NCBI GenBank assembly: GCA_041690135.1
Contig: JAWLHY010000007.1
Coordinates: 1 to 64,000, forward strand
Length of the DNA stretch: 64,000 nucleotides
Source: Armatimonadota bacterium
GTDB lineage: Bacteria > Armatimonadota > SYMT01
Direction of reading: 5' to 3'
Within the stretch, counting starts at the first letter, position 1. Each line of letters begins with the position of its first letter. The position numbers were made by a program, and so were the translations under genes. A model generated the notes under the pieces. That model ran no database searches. It saw nothing but the letters and a program-made list of their open reading frames with translations, and was not told the DNA's origin. This document shows positions 8,843 to 18,097 of this stretch, piece by piece.

Positions 8843-10246
8843 CTATCGGGTTTCGTCCGGGTGCTGCTCTCGCTGACGTCGCAGGCGATCCTGAATCTCC
8901 GCCTCCAAACCGTTTTCGGTTGGTTCGTAGTAGGGGCCGCTGACAGCACCCTCGGGGACGTACTCCTGCGGGACGTAGTTTCCGGGGTAGTCGTGCGGGT
9001 AACGGTAGCCCCGGCCATGGCCCAGGTGTTTGGCGCCCTTGTAGTGGCTATCGCGCAGGTGGAGGGGGACGGGTCCCTGAGGACGATTCTGCAGGTCGGC
9101 CTGGGCCTTCCCGATGGCTTTGACCACCGCATTGCTCTTGGGGGCCGTGGCGATGTAGATCGCAGCCTGGGTCATTGGGATCTGGGCCTCGGGGAGGCCT
9201 ACCAACTCCAGGGCCTGGGCGGCGGCGTTGGCGACCACGAGCGCCATGGGGTCGGCCAGCCCCACGTCTTCAGCCGCATGGATCACCATGCGACGGCAGA
9301 GAAAGCGGGGGTCCTCGCCCGCGGCGAGCATCCGGTGCAGCCAGTAAACCGCCGCGTCCGGGTCGGAGCCGCGCATACTCTTGATGAATGCGGACACGAT
9401 GTCGTAGTGCTGGTCGCCCCCCTTGTCGTAGGCCAGGGCGCGCCGTTGCATCGCCTGTTCGGCCAATTCAAGGGTAACCAGACGAGCCCCGTCTTCTGCG
9501 ACCGGGGCGGCAAGGACGGCCGCTTCCAGGGCACTCAAAATGTTTCGGGCGTCGCCGTTCGCGACCTGAACGAGGTGCTGCTCTGCTTCGGGATCCAACG
9601 TCGCTCGCAGATCTCCCAGGCCGCGTTCGGTATCCGAAAGGGCGCGGTGGAGCAGGTCGCGGATGTCCTCATCGCGCAGCGCCTCAAAGCGGAAGATCCG
9701 CGAGCGGGAGATGAGCGGGGTGTTGACCTCGAAGTAGGGGTTTTCCGTTGTAGCGCCGATCAGGATGATCGTGCCGTCTTCCACATAGGGGAGAAACGCG
9801 TCCTGCTGCGAGCGGTTGAAGCGGTGGATCTCGTCGATGAAAAGGATGGTGCGCTGCTTCAGGGCTTTCCGACGCTGCCGGGCGGCCTCCATCGCCTTGC
9901 GCACTTCGGCCACGCCGGAGAGGACGGCGCTAAACACCTCGAAGTGAGCACGCGTGTGACGGGCGACCAGCATCGCCAGGGTGCTCTTCCCGCAGCCAGG
10001 CGGCCCCCAGAAGATGGCCGAAGAGAGCTGATCGCGCTCAATGGAGCGACGAAGGAGAGTTCCTGGACCCACAACGTGCTTCTGCCCCACGAACTCGTCC
10101 AGCGTGCGCGGGCGCATGCGGGCCGCCAGCGGTTGACCGGCGTCGCCGCGGTCGCCCCCGGAGTGGGCCGCGAGGGAAGCGGGGGGAGCGCCGGCGGAGG
10201 GTGGGGGATCGTCGTCGAAGAGGCTGCCTGTGTTTGCGTGGCTCAC
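8843..10246 (-). CDS. rarA: replication-associated recombination protein A (MgsA/RarA AAA+ ATPase)
   Basis: PLAARMRP, GPPGCGKST Walker A, LFIDEIHRF, IGATTENP, SAFIKSMRGSDPDAA, GYRYPHDY. Confidence 0.96.
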   Translation of the reverse strand: MSHANTGSLFDDDPPPSAGAPPASLAAHSGGDRGDAGQPLAARMRPRTLDEFVGQKHVVGPGTLLRRSIERDQLSSAIFWGPPGCGKSTLAMLVARHTRAHFEVFSAVLSGVAEVRKAMEAARQRRKALKQRTILFIDEIHRFNRSQQDAFLPYVEDGTIILIGATTENPYFEVNTPLISRSRIFRFEALRDEDIRDLLHRALSDTERGLGDLRATLDPEAEQHLVQVANGDARNILSALEAAVLAAPVAEDGARLVTLELAEQAMQRRALAYDKGGDQHYDIVSAFIKSMRGSDPDAAVYWLHRMLAAGEDPRFLCRRMVIHAAEDVGLADPMALVVANAAAQALELVGLPEAQIPMTQAAIYIATAPKSNAVVKAIGKAQADLQNRPQGPVPLHLRDSHYKGAKHLGHGRGYRYPHDYPGNYVPQEYVPEGAVSGPYYEPTENGLEAEIQDRLRRQREQHPDETR

Positions 10247-10296
10247 GGGGTATCTTTCTCCATCGGCCTCGGGGATTCATCCGCGTTGCGGCACGA

Positions 10297-10330
10297 CAAA
10301 GGCCCGGTGAGCGCGCTCACCGGGCCTTTG
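10297..10330 (-). terminator. terminator-like hairpin downstream of 6S RNA
   Basis: Perfect 16-bp inverted repeat caaaggcccggtgagc/gctcaccgggcctttg. Confidence 0.75.
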
Positions 10331-10335
10331 GAGAA

Positions 10336-10541
10336 TACCCCCGCAATGCCGTGTGTCCTTAAGCTTTTGAACCCGTGAGACACGGGTGGGACCCGCGGCC
10401 CTCAACTCGCGATTCCGGCTCTTATCCCGAAGGATCGTCAACACCGGCTGCCACTCGTCTCAGGTGATTTGGGGTCCCGAGGATGTGAGTGTTGGCTCAA
10501 AGCCTCAGATGACATCACGCACATCGCAGGGTAAACCTGAC
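10336..10541 (-). ncRNA. ssrS: 6S RNA
   Basis: Minus-strand ends pair (CCCTGCGATGTGCGTG ... CACACGGCATTGCGGGG). TTTGAGCC and GGGTTCAAA flank a central bubble. ~200 nt, with its own promoter and terminator, directly upstream of rarA. Confidence 0.85.
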
Positions 10542-10547
10542 GCCTGG

Positions 10548-10576
10548 AGTCTACCATGAACCACTCGTCTTGCCAA
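10548..10576 (-). promoter_or_regulatory. sigma70 promoter of 6S RNA
   Basis: TTGGCA-17 nt-TAGACT with an extended TG. Confidence 0.65.
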
Positions 10577-10682
10577 TGGATTCGGTGCTTGGAACGTCGC
10601 CTGGATGAGCGATTCCGGCGCAGGATGCCCGGCTGTCCGGTGCGAATAGAGAGGGTGTCAGGCCGCTACCAAGGAGAGTGGA

Positions 10683-11513
10683 ATGCCCATCATCGACGCG
10701 CACGTGCACGTGTGGACGCCGGATACCCAGGCCTACCCCCTGGCACCGGGTTTTACGAAGGAGAACATGAAGCCGGCGAGCTTCACTCCCGAACAGCTCT
10801 TCCGCCACTGCCGCCCAGAGGGCGTGGACCGGATCGTGCTCATCCAGATGAGTTTTTACGGCACGGACAACCGGTACATGCTGGACTCCATGCGCGCTTT
10901 CCCCGGATCGTTCGGAGGGGTGGGAATCGTGGACGTGACCCAGGAGCGCCCGGACACGGACATGGCGAAGCTCGCCCGAGCGGGAGTACGTGGGTTCCGT
11001 ATCACGCCTAAAGACACGCCTCCGGACCGGTGGTTGGAAACCCCTTCCTATGAGCGAATGTGGCGCCACGCCGCGGAGAACAAGCTGGCCGTCTGCCCGC
11101 TCATCAACCCCGAATACCTTCCGGCGGTTGCCCGGATGTGCGCGAAACACCTGGATACGCGGGTCGTGATCGATCACTTCGCCCGGATCGGAATCGACGG
11201 GGAGATCCGTGAGAAGGACGTCCACAAGCTGTGCGAGATGGCCCATTTCCCGGAGGTGCGCGTTAAGGTCTCCGCTTTTTACGCGCTGGGAGAGAAGAAG
11301 CCGCCGCACGATGACCTGGAACCGATGATTCGGCGCCTCTACGATGCATTCGGCGCTCGACGGTTGATGTGGGCTAGCGACTGCCCCTTTGCGGTCGACA
11401 ACGAGCGCTACGCGGACAGCCTGGCACTGGTGCGGGACCGCTGCAACTGGATGAAAGCGGAGGACAAGGAGTGGATCCTCCGGAAGACGGCCGAGGAAGT
11501 CTTCTTCAAGTAG
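10683..11513 (+). CDS. amidohydrolase_2 family protein (sugar-lactonase-like)
   Basis: IIDAHVHVW, VIDHFA, VKVSA, RLMWASDCP; AAGGAG RBS. Confidence 0.92.
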   Translation: MPIIDAHVHVWTPDTQAYPLAPGFTKENMKPASFTPEQLFRHCRPEGVDRIVLIQMSFYGTDNRYMLDSMRAFPGSFGGVGIVDVTQERPDTDMAKLARAGVRGFRITPKDTPPDRWLETPSYERMWRHAAENKLAVCPLINPEYLPAVARMCAKHLDTRVVIDHFARIGIDGEIREKDVHKLCEMAHFPEVRVKVSAFYALGEKKPPHDDLEPMIRRLYDAFGARRLMWASDCPFAVDNERYADSLALVRDRCNWMKAEDKEWILRKTAEEVFFK

Positions 11514-12780
11514 CGGGCGCAGGCAACCTGCGCCGCCATAGGTGCTCTGCCAGCGTGACCAGGGCGACTGCGGCGAGGAGTGATCCGAATACGGAGGCCC
11601 AGTAACGGTAGTGGCCGAAGACAGGGTTAACGCCGGCGACCAGCACGACGCTGCAGAGCGTGAGTACAATCAACTCCGGAACCGGCCACCGCCGGGCGGC
11701 GAGCAGTAAACCGGCCAGCAGGGCGCCGCGCAGAGCGAGGCGCCCATGCTGCTGGACCTGCGCGAGGAAGGCTGGTTCGAGCGGGCCTCCGCTCAGGACA
11801 AAACTCACGCCCAGGTAGGCTGCGAGGGCCGCGGTGCCAGCCGGTGCGGCTCCCAGTTTCTTCCGGAGACTGAAGAAGAGAAGCGCGGCCGCCCCGACAG
11901 GCAGGAAGTGAAGAACAAACAGGATGGGGTCCGTCGGCACCGGCCCCACAACGGGGGATAGCGCGAGGAACACCCGCTCGATGGTCGGTGCATCTACGGA
12001 GTTGCTTTGCCCCCGGAGCGCCCAGTGGCGGAAGACGAAAAGCACGACGCCTTCCACTGCCAGCAGAGCGAGGAGCGGCCAGGCGCGGCGGTGGCGAACC
12101 AGCAGGAGGCAGGCCCCCAGGCCGGCTACGAAGGCCATCTCTTTAAAGGACACGCCCAGCGCAAATAGGAACAGGGCCAGCGCGGCATCCCCCTTCCGAT
12201 GGTCGCGTGCATACCGCGTGACGGCGGCGAACAGGCCAAACGCGGCCAGGAGCGACCAGAGATCCGGCTGGCACGGCCACCAGCCCAGGATCCACTGCTG
12301 CACACTCCGGTCTGCAAATCCGGGGCCTCCCATCAGGACCGCGGCCAGGGTGCCGATGGTCAGGCGCCGGAAGAGAGGCCCTTCCAGGAGAACGGAGGCC
12401 AGTCCCACCAGCGCCAGCGCCACTCCAAGATGAGACGCCACGCTGACCGCCTGCCAGCGGCGGTCCTCCTCGCCGAACAGGTGATACTGCAGCACGAACA
12501 GGCAACTGCTCAGCGGCCGGTAGTACCCATTGCCTACAAGCATCTGCCCGGTCCAGAACCCCGCCAGTTCCCGCGGGCCAGCCACGGCGGCGCGGTCCAT
12601 CGCGATCTCGATGTCATCTCCACGTGGAGTGTTGTGCCACATGGCGCCTGGATAGTCGTGGACGACCCAGTACCCGCTCTCGATCCCGACGAGGAGCAGC
12701 ACCAGGGCCAGCGAGAGAAGCCACGCAGTCCGGGGTCGCCGCTCACAGAAATCTACCAGTAAGGAAATCGGCTTGGTCAT
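11506..12780 (-). CDS. polytopic membrane protein (GT-C/PMT-like fold suspected)
   Basis: About 10 hydrophobic helices; 'GDD', 'YYRPLS' and 'SFKEMA' motifs typical of GT-C-like proteins. Start uncertain. Confidence 0.7.
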   Translation of the reverse strand: MTKPISLLVDFCERRPRTAWLLSLALVLLLVGIESGYWVVHDYPGAMWHNTPRGDDIEIAMDRAAVAGPRELAGFWTGQMLVGNGYYRPLSSCLFVLQYHLFGEEDRRWQAVSVASHLGVALALVGLASVLLEGPLFRRLTIGTLAAVLMGGPGFADRSVQQWILGWWPCQPDLWSLLAAFGLFAAVTRYARDHRKGDAALALFLFALGVSFKEMAFVAGLGACLLLVRHRRAWPLLALLAVEGVVLFVFRHWALRGQSNSVDAPTIERVFLALSPVVGPVPTDPILFVLHFLPVGAAALLFFSLRKKLGAAPAGTAALAAYLGVSFVLSGGPLEPAFLAQVQQHGRLALRGALLAGLLLAARRWPVPELIVLTLCSVVLVAGVNPVFGHYRYWASVFGSLLAAVALVTLAEHLWRRRLPAPAT

Positions 12781-12989
12781 AAAAGCTGTTTGGAACACAG
12801 CTAGCATTATCGGCCGAGGGGAGCGCCGAAACTGATTCTCCTGGAAAGTTGCCGGTGGCCCGCGGGTTCTCCGCGGTACGACACCGTACCGTCCGGACAC
12901 CAGAAGGTATACTTCAGAGAAGTCGGCGCGTTTAGCCTCTCCGGATGTGTGGCACGTGCCCCGACCCCCAACCTCTCTACCGCTCTACC

Positions 12990-15659
12990 ATGCCACGCAA
13001 GAAACTCGTCATCATCGACGGCAGCAGTCTCATTTACCGTGCCTTCTTCGCCTTGCCCCCGTTGACAACGGCGGACGGCACGCCCACCAACGCGGTGTAT
13101 GGCTTCACGACCATGCTCCTCAAAATCCTCGAAGACGAGCACCCGGACGTCATCCTGCTGGCGCTGGAAGGGGGGCGCACGTTCCGTCATACGGAATTCG
13201 CCGATTACAAGGCACAGCGGCCTCGCACGCCCGACGATCTGGCCGTGCAGACCCCGCTGGCTCGCGCGATGGCGGAGGCATTCCGGGTGCCGATCCTCCA
13301 GCACACCGGGTATGAGGCGGACGACGTCATCGGCACCATCACCTGCCGGGGCAAAGATGCCGGCTTCGAGGTTCTGGTGGTCACCGGCGACCTGGATGCG
13401 CTGCAACTGGTCAACGAGCAGGTCCGGGTGATGGTGAACCGCCGGGGAATCACCGACACCCTGATCTACGATTCCGCGGCGGTTCAGGAGCGTTTCGGCC
13501 TCCCTCCCAGCCTCCTTCCCGATTTCAAGGCGCTGAAGGGCGACAGCTCGGACAACATTCCCGGTATTCCCGGCATCGGCGACAAGACGGCGACCTCCTT
13601 GCTCTGCGAATACGGTTCTCTGGAATCCCTGCTGGAACATGCTGCCGAGGTGAAGGCCGCCCGTGTACGCACCAACCTGCTCGAGCGGCGCCAGGAGGCG
13701 GAACTTTACAAGCGGCTGGCTACCATCGTGACGGATCTCCCTTTCGAGGCGGATTTCGAGAAGTGGAAATACACGGGCCCTGAGGTGGCCGAAGTACAAG
13801 AGTTGTGCCGCCTGCTGGAGTTCCGCACGCTGGGACGGCGAATCCAGGAACTTTATGGGAAGCGGGAGACCTCCCGGCCCGCAGTGGTGGAAGCACAGCT
13901 CCAGTGGAGGCGCCTGGAGCGCGAAGCGGAGGTCGAGGAGTGGGTGGGTAAGGCGCGCCGGGCGGCGGGGGTTGCGGTCCGGACGTGGCAGGTGGGCGGG
14001 GAGGGCCGAACCGGCACCCTGCGGGGGATTGGGCTTTCCGCGGCGGGGGAGACGGTGGTGCTCTACGGCGAAGAACCGGCAGGGGAGGGGCTTCTGGCGG
14101 CGGCTACAGATCCCTGGATACTGCCACCTACCCTTGCCGGGTTGCTTTCGGATCCTTCCGTAGTGTTGCTGGGGCACGATCTGAAGCGCGACCACCATGC
14201 CCTGGCAGGTCGCGAAGTACGACCGGGGCAGCTCGGGTTCGACACCCAGGTGGCAGCTTATGTGCTAAACCCTGGCCGATCGGCCTATCGCCTCGAAGAT
14301 CTGGCTTCGGAGTATCTCGGTCACGCTCTCACCGGCGAGATGGGCCCCGAACGGCTCGCGAGAGAAGTCGCCGCCATTGCGGCCCTCTGGGAACCGATGT
14401 CCGGCCGCCTCAAGACGGACGAGCTGGAGCAGGTGTACTACGGCCTGGAGTTACCATTGATTCCCATCCTGGCCGACATGGAGACGCTGGGCATCGCCGT
14501 GGACTGCGGGGAGCTTCTTCGGGTGAGCCGAAGCCTCGGTGAGCGCATCCATGTCCTGGAAGAACAGGCTTTCTCGCTGGTGGGGAAGCAGTTCAACATG
14601 GGCTCCCCCAAGCAACTACAAGAGATCCTTTTCACCGATTTGCAGCTTCCCACGGGAAAGAAGACGAAGACCGGATACTCCACCGATTCCGACGTGCTCC
14701 AGGATCTGGCGGTGGTTCATCCGCTACCTGCCCTGATTCTGGAGTGGCGCGAGCTGTCCAAGCTCAAGTCGACCTACGCGGACGCATTGCAAAACCTGGT
14801 CGACCCACGTGACGGGAGGGTCCACACCCACCTGAACCAGACCGTCGCCGCCACGGGCCGCCTTTCCAGCAGCGACCCTAACCTGCAGAATATCCCCGTA
14901 CGCACGGAAGTGGGGCGGGAGATACGTTCCGCGTTCGTGGCTCCTCCGGGCCTCAAGCTCCTCTCTGCCGATTACAGCCAGATCGAGCTGCGGCTGATGG
15001 CCCATATCTGCAAAGACCCGGAGCTCGTCCGCGCCTTCCAGGAAGACCGCGACGTGCACGCCGCTACGGCCGCGCGGGTGTTCGGAGTGCCGCTCGACCA
15101 GGTGACGGCCGACCAGCGCCGCAGCGCCAAGACGGTCAACTTCGCCGTACTCTATGGCCAATCTGACTTCGGCTTGTCCCGCCAGCTACGCATCGGACGA
15201 GCGGAAGCCCGCCAGCTCATCGACGCCTACTTCGGAGAGTTTCCGGGGGTGCTGGATTACATCCAGAGCACCAAGGAGCAGGCCCGCAATGTAGGCTATG
15301 TCACCACCCTTCCCCCCTATCGGCGTCGGCGTTACATACCCGGAATCCATGCCGGCAACCACAACGAACGCCAGGCGGCCGAGCGTGAAGCCGTGAACGC
15401 TCCGGTTCAGGGAACCGCCTCCGACATCATCAAGGCCGCGATGATTCGGGTGCAGCGAGCCATCCGCCAGGAGGGTCTCCGGAGCCGGATGATTCTACAA
15501 GTGCACGACGAGCTGCTTTTCGAGATCGTGCCCGAGGAAGAGACGGCGATGATCCGGCTGGTCACCCGTGAAATGGAGTCCGCGTTCGAGTTGGATGTGC
15601 CGTTGAAGGTCGAGGTGAAGGCGGGCTGTAACTGGCGCGACGTCGAGCCGGCCGCCTGA
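12990..15659 (+). CDS. polA: DNA polymerase I
   Basis: IDGSSLIYRAFFA 5'-3' exonuclease; TGRLSSSDPNLQNIP, ADYSQIELR, AKTVNF, QVHDELLFE. Confidence 0.98.
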   Translation: MPRKKLVIIDGSSLIYRAFFALPPLTTADGTPTNAVYGFTTMLLKILEDEHPDVILLALEGGRTFRHTEFADYKAQRPRTPDDLAVQTPLARAMAEAFRVPILQHTGYEADDVIGTITCRGKDAGFEVLVVTGDLDALQLVNEQVRVMVNRRGITDTLIYDSAAVQERFGLPPSLLPDFKALKGDSSDNIPGIPGIGDKTATSLLCEYGSLESLLEHAAEVKAARVRTNLLERRQEAELYKRLATIVTDLPFEADFEKWKYTGPEVAEVQELCRLLEFRTLGRRIQELYGKRETSRPAVVEAQLQWRRLEREAEVEEWVGKARRAAGVAVRTWQVGGEGRTGTLRGIGLSAAGETVVLYGEEPAGEGLLAAATDPWILPPTLAGLLSDPSVVLLGHDLKRDHHALAGREVRPGQLGFDTQVAAYVLNPGRSAYRLEDLASEYLGHALTGEMGPERLAREVAAIAALWEPMSGRLKTDELEQVYYGLELPLIPILADMETLGIAVDCGELLRVSRSLGERIHVLEEQAFSLVGKQFNMGSPKQLQEILFTDLQLPTGKKTKTGYSTDSDVLQDLAVVHPLPALILEWRELSKLKSTYADALQNLVDPRDGRVHTHLNQTVAATGRLSSSDPNLQNIPVRTEVGREIRSAFVAPPGLKLLSADYSQIELRLMAHICKDPELVRAFQEDRDVHAATAARVFGVPLDQVTADQRRSAKTVNFAVLYGQSDFGLSRQLRIGRAEARQLIDAYFGEFPGVLDYIQSTKEQARNVGYVTTLPPYRRRRYIPGIHAGNHNERQAAEREAVNAPVQGTASDIIKAAMIRVQRAIRQEGLRSRMILQVHDELLFEIVPEEETAMIRLVTREMESAFELDVPLKVEVKAGCNWRDVEPAA

Positions 15660-15819
15660 GCAAACTCCCATACGCAAACGCCGGACGCCATGCTATACTA
15701 GCGGATGTTGCCTGGGGTTCACTTTGGGAACCCGGCCGGCCGGCGCCTCGCCTGTGCGCTGCTGGAGAAAGGCGTAACCGCCCGCAATCGTGCGGGCCAT
15801 TGGTGGAGAACTGACAGGT

Positions 15820-17043
15820 ATGAGCGAAGAGCGGACCGGGCGTGGCGGAAAAGCGTCCAGCGCTGCAATCGGGACGGTGATTGAGCAGGGAGGGGAGATT
15901 CCTTCCCAGGACGACCGCAGCCGGTCGATCGACTTCGGTGACACGCTCCGGACCCTCGCCGAGGGGAACGTGACGCGTGGAACCGTCGTCCACATCAGCC
16001 GGGAAGGCGTTCTCGTGGACGTCGGGACGAAGTCCGAAGGTTTGATCCCGATGCAGGAGCTCTCCCGAGAGCCGGGTCGGCGACCCGATCAGATCGTGAG
16101 GGTGGGGGAAGACATCGACGTCTACGTGCTCAAGACGGACGATGACGAATCGGATCAGCTGATCCTTTCCAAGAAGCGCGCCGACTTCGAGAAGGCCTGG
16201 GATCGGGTCATTGAGGCCCAGCGCCAGGGTGAGACGCTGCAGGCCCGGGTCACCGAGCGGGTCAAGGGCGGCCTGGTGGTCGACCTCGGTATTCGCGGCT
16301 TCGTGCCCGCCTCCCACGTGGGGACCGGCAAGGCACGCAACCTCGAGAAGTACGTCGGGATGATTCTGCCCCTGAAGGTGATCGAGGTCGATCGGGACCG
16401 CCGCAAGGTCGTGCTCTCGCACCGGCTCGCCACGGAAGAAGAGCGCGAAGCCCAGCGCCAGGAGACCCTGCAGACGCTGGCGGAAGGTCAAGTCCGGGCC
16501 GGCGTCGTGCGCCGGATCACCGACTACGGCGCGTTCGTCGATATTGGCGGGGTGGACGGTCTGCTGCACATCAGCGAAATGTCCTGGACGCGCATCAAGC
16601 ACCCGAACGAGGTTCTCAAGGTGGGCGACGAGATCCAGGTAATGGTGCTCAAGACCAACCTGGAGCAGAACCGGATCTCCCTGGGGCTTCGGCAGATCCT
16701 GCCGGACCCGTGGACGGAAGCCCAGGAGCGTTACGCTCCCGGTGATATCGTCTCCGGCAGCGTCACTCGCCTGGTGCCGTTCGGCGCCTTCGTGCAGTTG
16801 GACGGTGGCCTCGAGGGGATTGTCCCGAACAACGAACTTGCCCTGCATCGCGTCGCCAAGCCGGAAGACGTGGTAGAGGTGGGCGACCAGGTGGAAGTGA
16901 AGATCCTCGAGATCCGCCCGGAAGAGCGGCGTCTCACGCTTTCCATCCGGCAGGCCCAGGAAGAGCGCGGTGACTACGGCGACGACTACGAGCCGGCCGC
17001 CGATCAGGACGAAGAGCCGGAATACGAAGACGACGAAGAGTAG
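15820..17043 (+). CDS. rpsA: 30S ribosomal protein S1 (four S1 domains)
   Basis: S1 repeats (VDVGTKSEG, GFVPASH, YGAFVDIGGVDGLLHISE, FGAFVQL) and an acidic tail. Confidence 0.93.
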   Translation: MSEERTGRGGKASSAAIGTVIEQGGEIPSQDDRSRSIDFGDTLRTLAEGNVTRGTVVHISREGVLVDVGTKSEGLIPMQELSREPGRRPDQIVRVGEDIDVYVLKTDDDESDQLILSKKRADFEKAWDRVIEAQRQGETLQARVTERVKGGLVVDLGIRGFVPASHVGTGKARNLEKYVGMILPLKVIEVDRDRRKVVLSHRLATEEEREAQRQETLQTLAEGQVRAGVVRRITDYGAFVDIGGVDGLLHISEMSWTRIKHPNEVLKVGDEIQVMVLKTNLEQNRISLGLRQILPDPWTEAQERYAPGDIVSGSVTRLVPFGAFVQLDGGLEGIVPNNELALHRVAKPEDVVEVGDQVEVKILEIRPEERRLTLSIRQAQEERGDYGDDYEPAADQDEEPEYEDDEE

Positions 17044-17177
17044 CCGCTTCGGACCCGGACAGGCAGCATATGCCGATCTTGCGGGCCTGGGTTCCACTCG
17101 AACCCAGGCCCGTTTCCATGCTGTCGCAGCCAGCGCTTATTCCCCCAGTGGTCGCTCCACCCCCAGGAAGAATCCGA

Positions 17178-17870
17178 ATGCGCCCTCATCGCGTCCACGA
17201 CCACTCCGACCCCAAGGCCCACGCGGAAGCATCCGCCCACGAAACGAGGCGTAATTGGCCACCCTTGCTCGTGGTCGGATTGACGGGCGGCATTGCCAGT
17301 GGCAAGACGACGGTTGCAGGAATGTTTCGCGACCTCGGCGCCACGGTCCTAAACGCCGACCATCTTGGAAAAGAAATCGTGAATCCGGGGGAACCCGCTC
17401 TGGCAGAACTCGTATTAGCATTCGGCACTGATTTCCTAAAATCTAACGGTCAGTTGGATCGGAGGGCACTGGGTCAGCGAGTCTTCTCTTCTCGCCGCGA
17501 CTTGCAGAAGCTGAATCGCGTCACACACCCGCGAATCGCCCATTTGCTCGCGCGGCAACTGACCACCCTTGCGAGGACGCCACCCACACCTGCCATCGTG
17601 GTTGTCGAGGCGGCAGTCCTCATCGAGGCGGGCTGGGCGCCGTTAGTGGATAGGATCATCGTTGTCACTGTGCAACAAACTGAGCAGGCGGCTCGTCTAA
17701 TCGCTGGTTCCGGTCTCACCGCCGACCAGGCGTGGTCCCGAATCCGGTCACAGCTTCCCGTTCGCGAACGTCTCCGTTACGCTGATCACCGCATTTCCAA
17801 TTCCGGATCACTCAACGACACGGCTCTCCAGGTAGCCGGCGTGTGGCAGCAGCTCACCGGCGGCCCGTAA
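17178..17870 (+). CDS. coaE: dephospho-CoA kinase
   Basis: VGLTGGIASGKTTV, LDRRALG..VF, THPRI. Start uncertain. Confidence 0.93.
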   Translation: MRPHRVHDHSDPKAHAEASAHETRRNWPPLLVVGLTGGIASGKTTVAGMFRDLGATVLNADHLGKEIVNPGEPALAELVLAFGTDFLKSNGQLDRRALGQRVFSSRRDLQKLNRVTHPRIAHLLARQLTTLARTPPTPAIVVVEAAVLIEAGWAPLVDRIIVVTVQQTEQAARLIAGSGLTADQAWSRIRSQLPVRERLRYADHRISNSGSLNDTALQVAGVWQQLTGGP

Positions 17871-18097
17871 AGAGCCCCTTCCGGATGGGCGAAAGACCGG
17901 CCTGGTGCCTTCCCAAACGCCCGGCCGGCTGGAAAGCAAAAATCAAGAGAGCAAGGCAGGAGGAGCATTGGCCTTCTCTTGCGAACAGAAGACGGGCACC
18001 GTGGGAAGCGCCGCCCGTCAAAGTTTTTCTTATCAACCGCTATCTCTCCGTTGTGGTTCGACCGTCCTAGTCTCCCCAAGGGCGAGGAGGTTCTCCA

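Noticed and set aside
8803-9132. N-terminal extension of the SWIM ORF
   Set aside because: It overlaps rarA in another frame; family-like sequence begins at ATG 8802.
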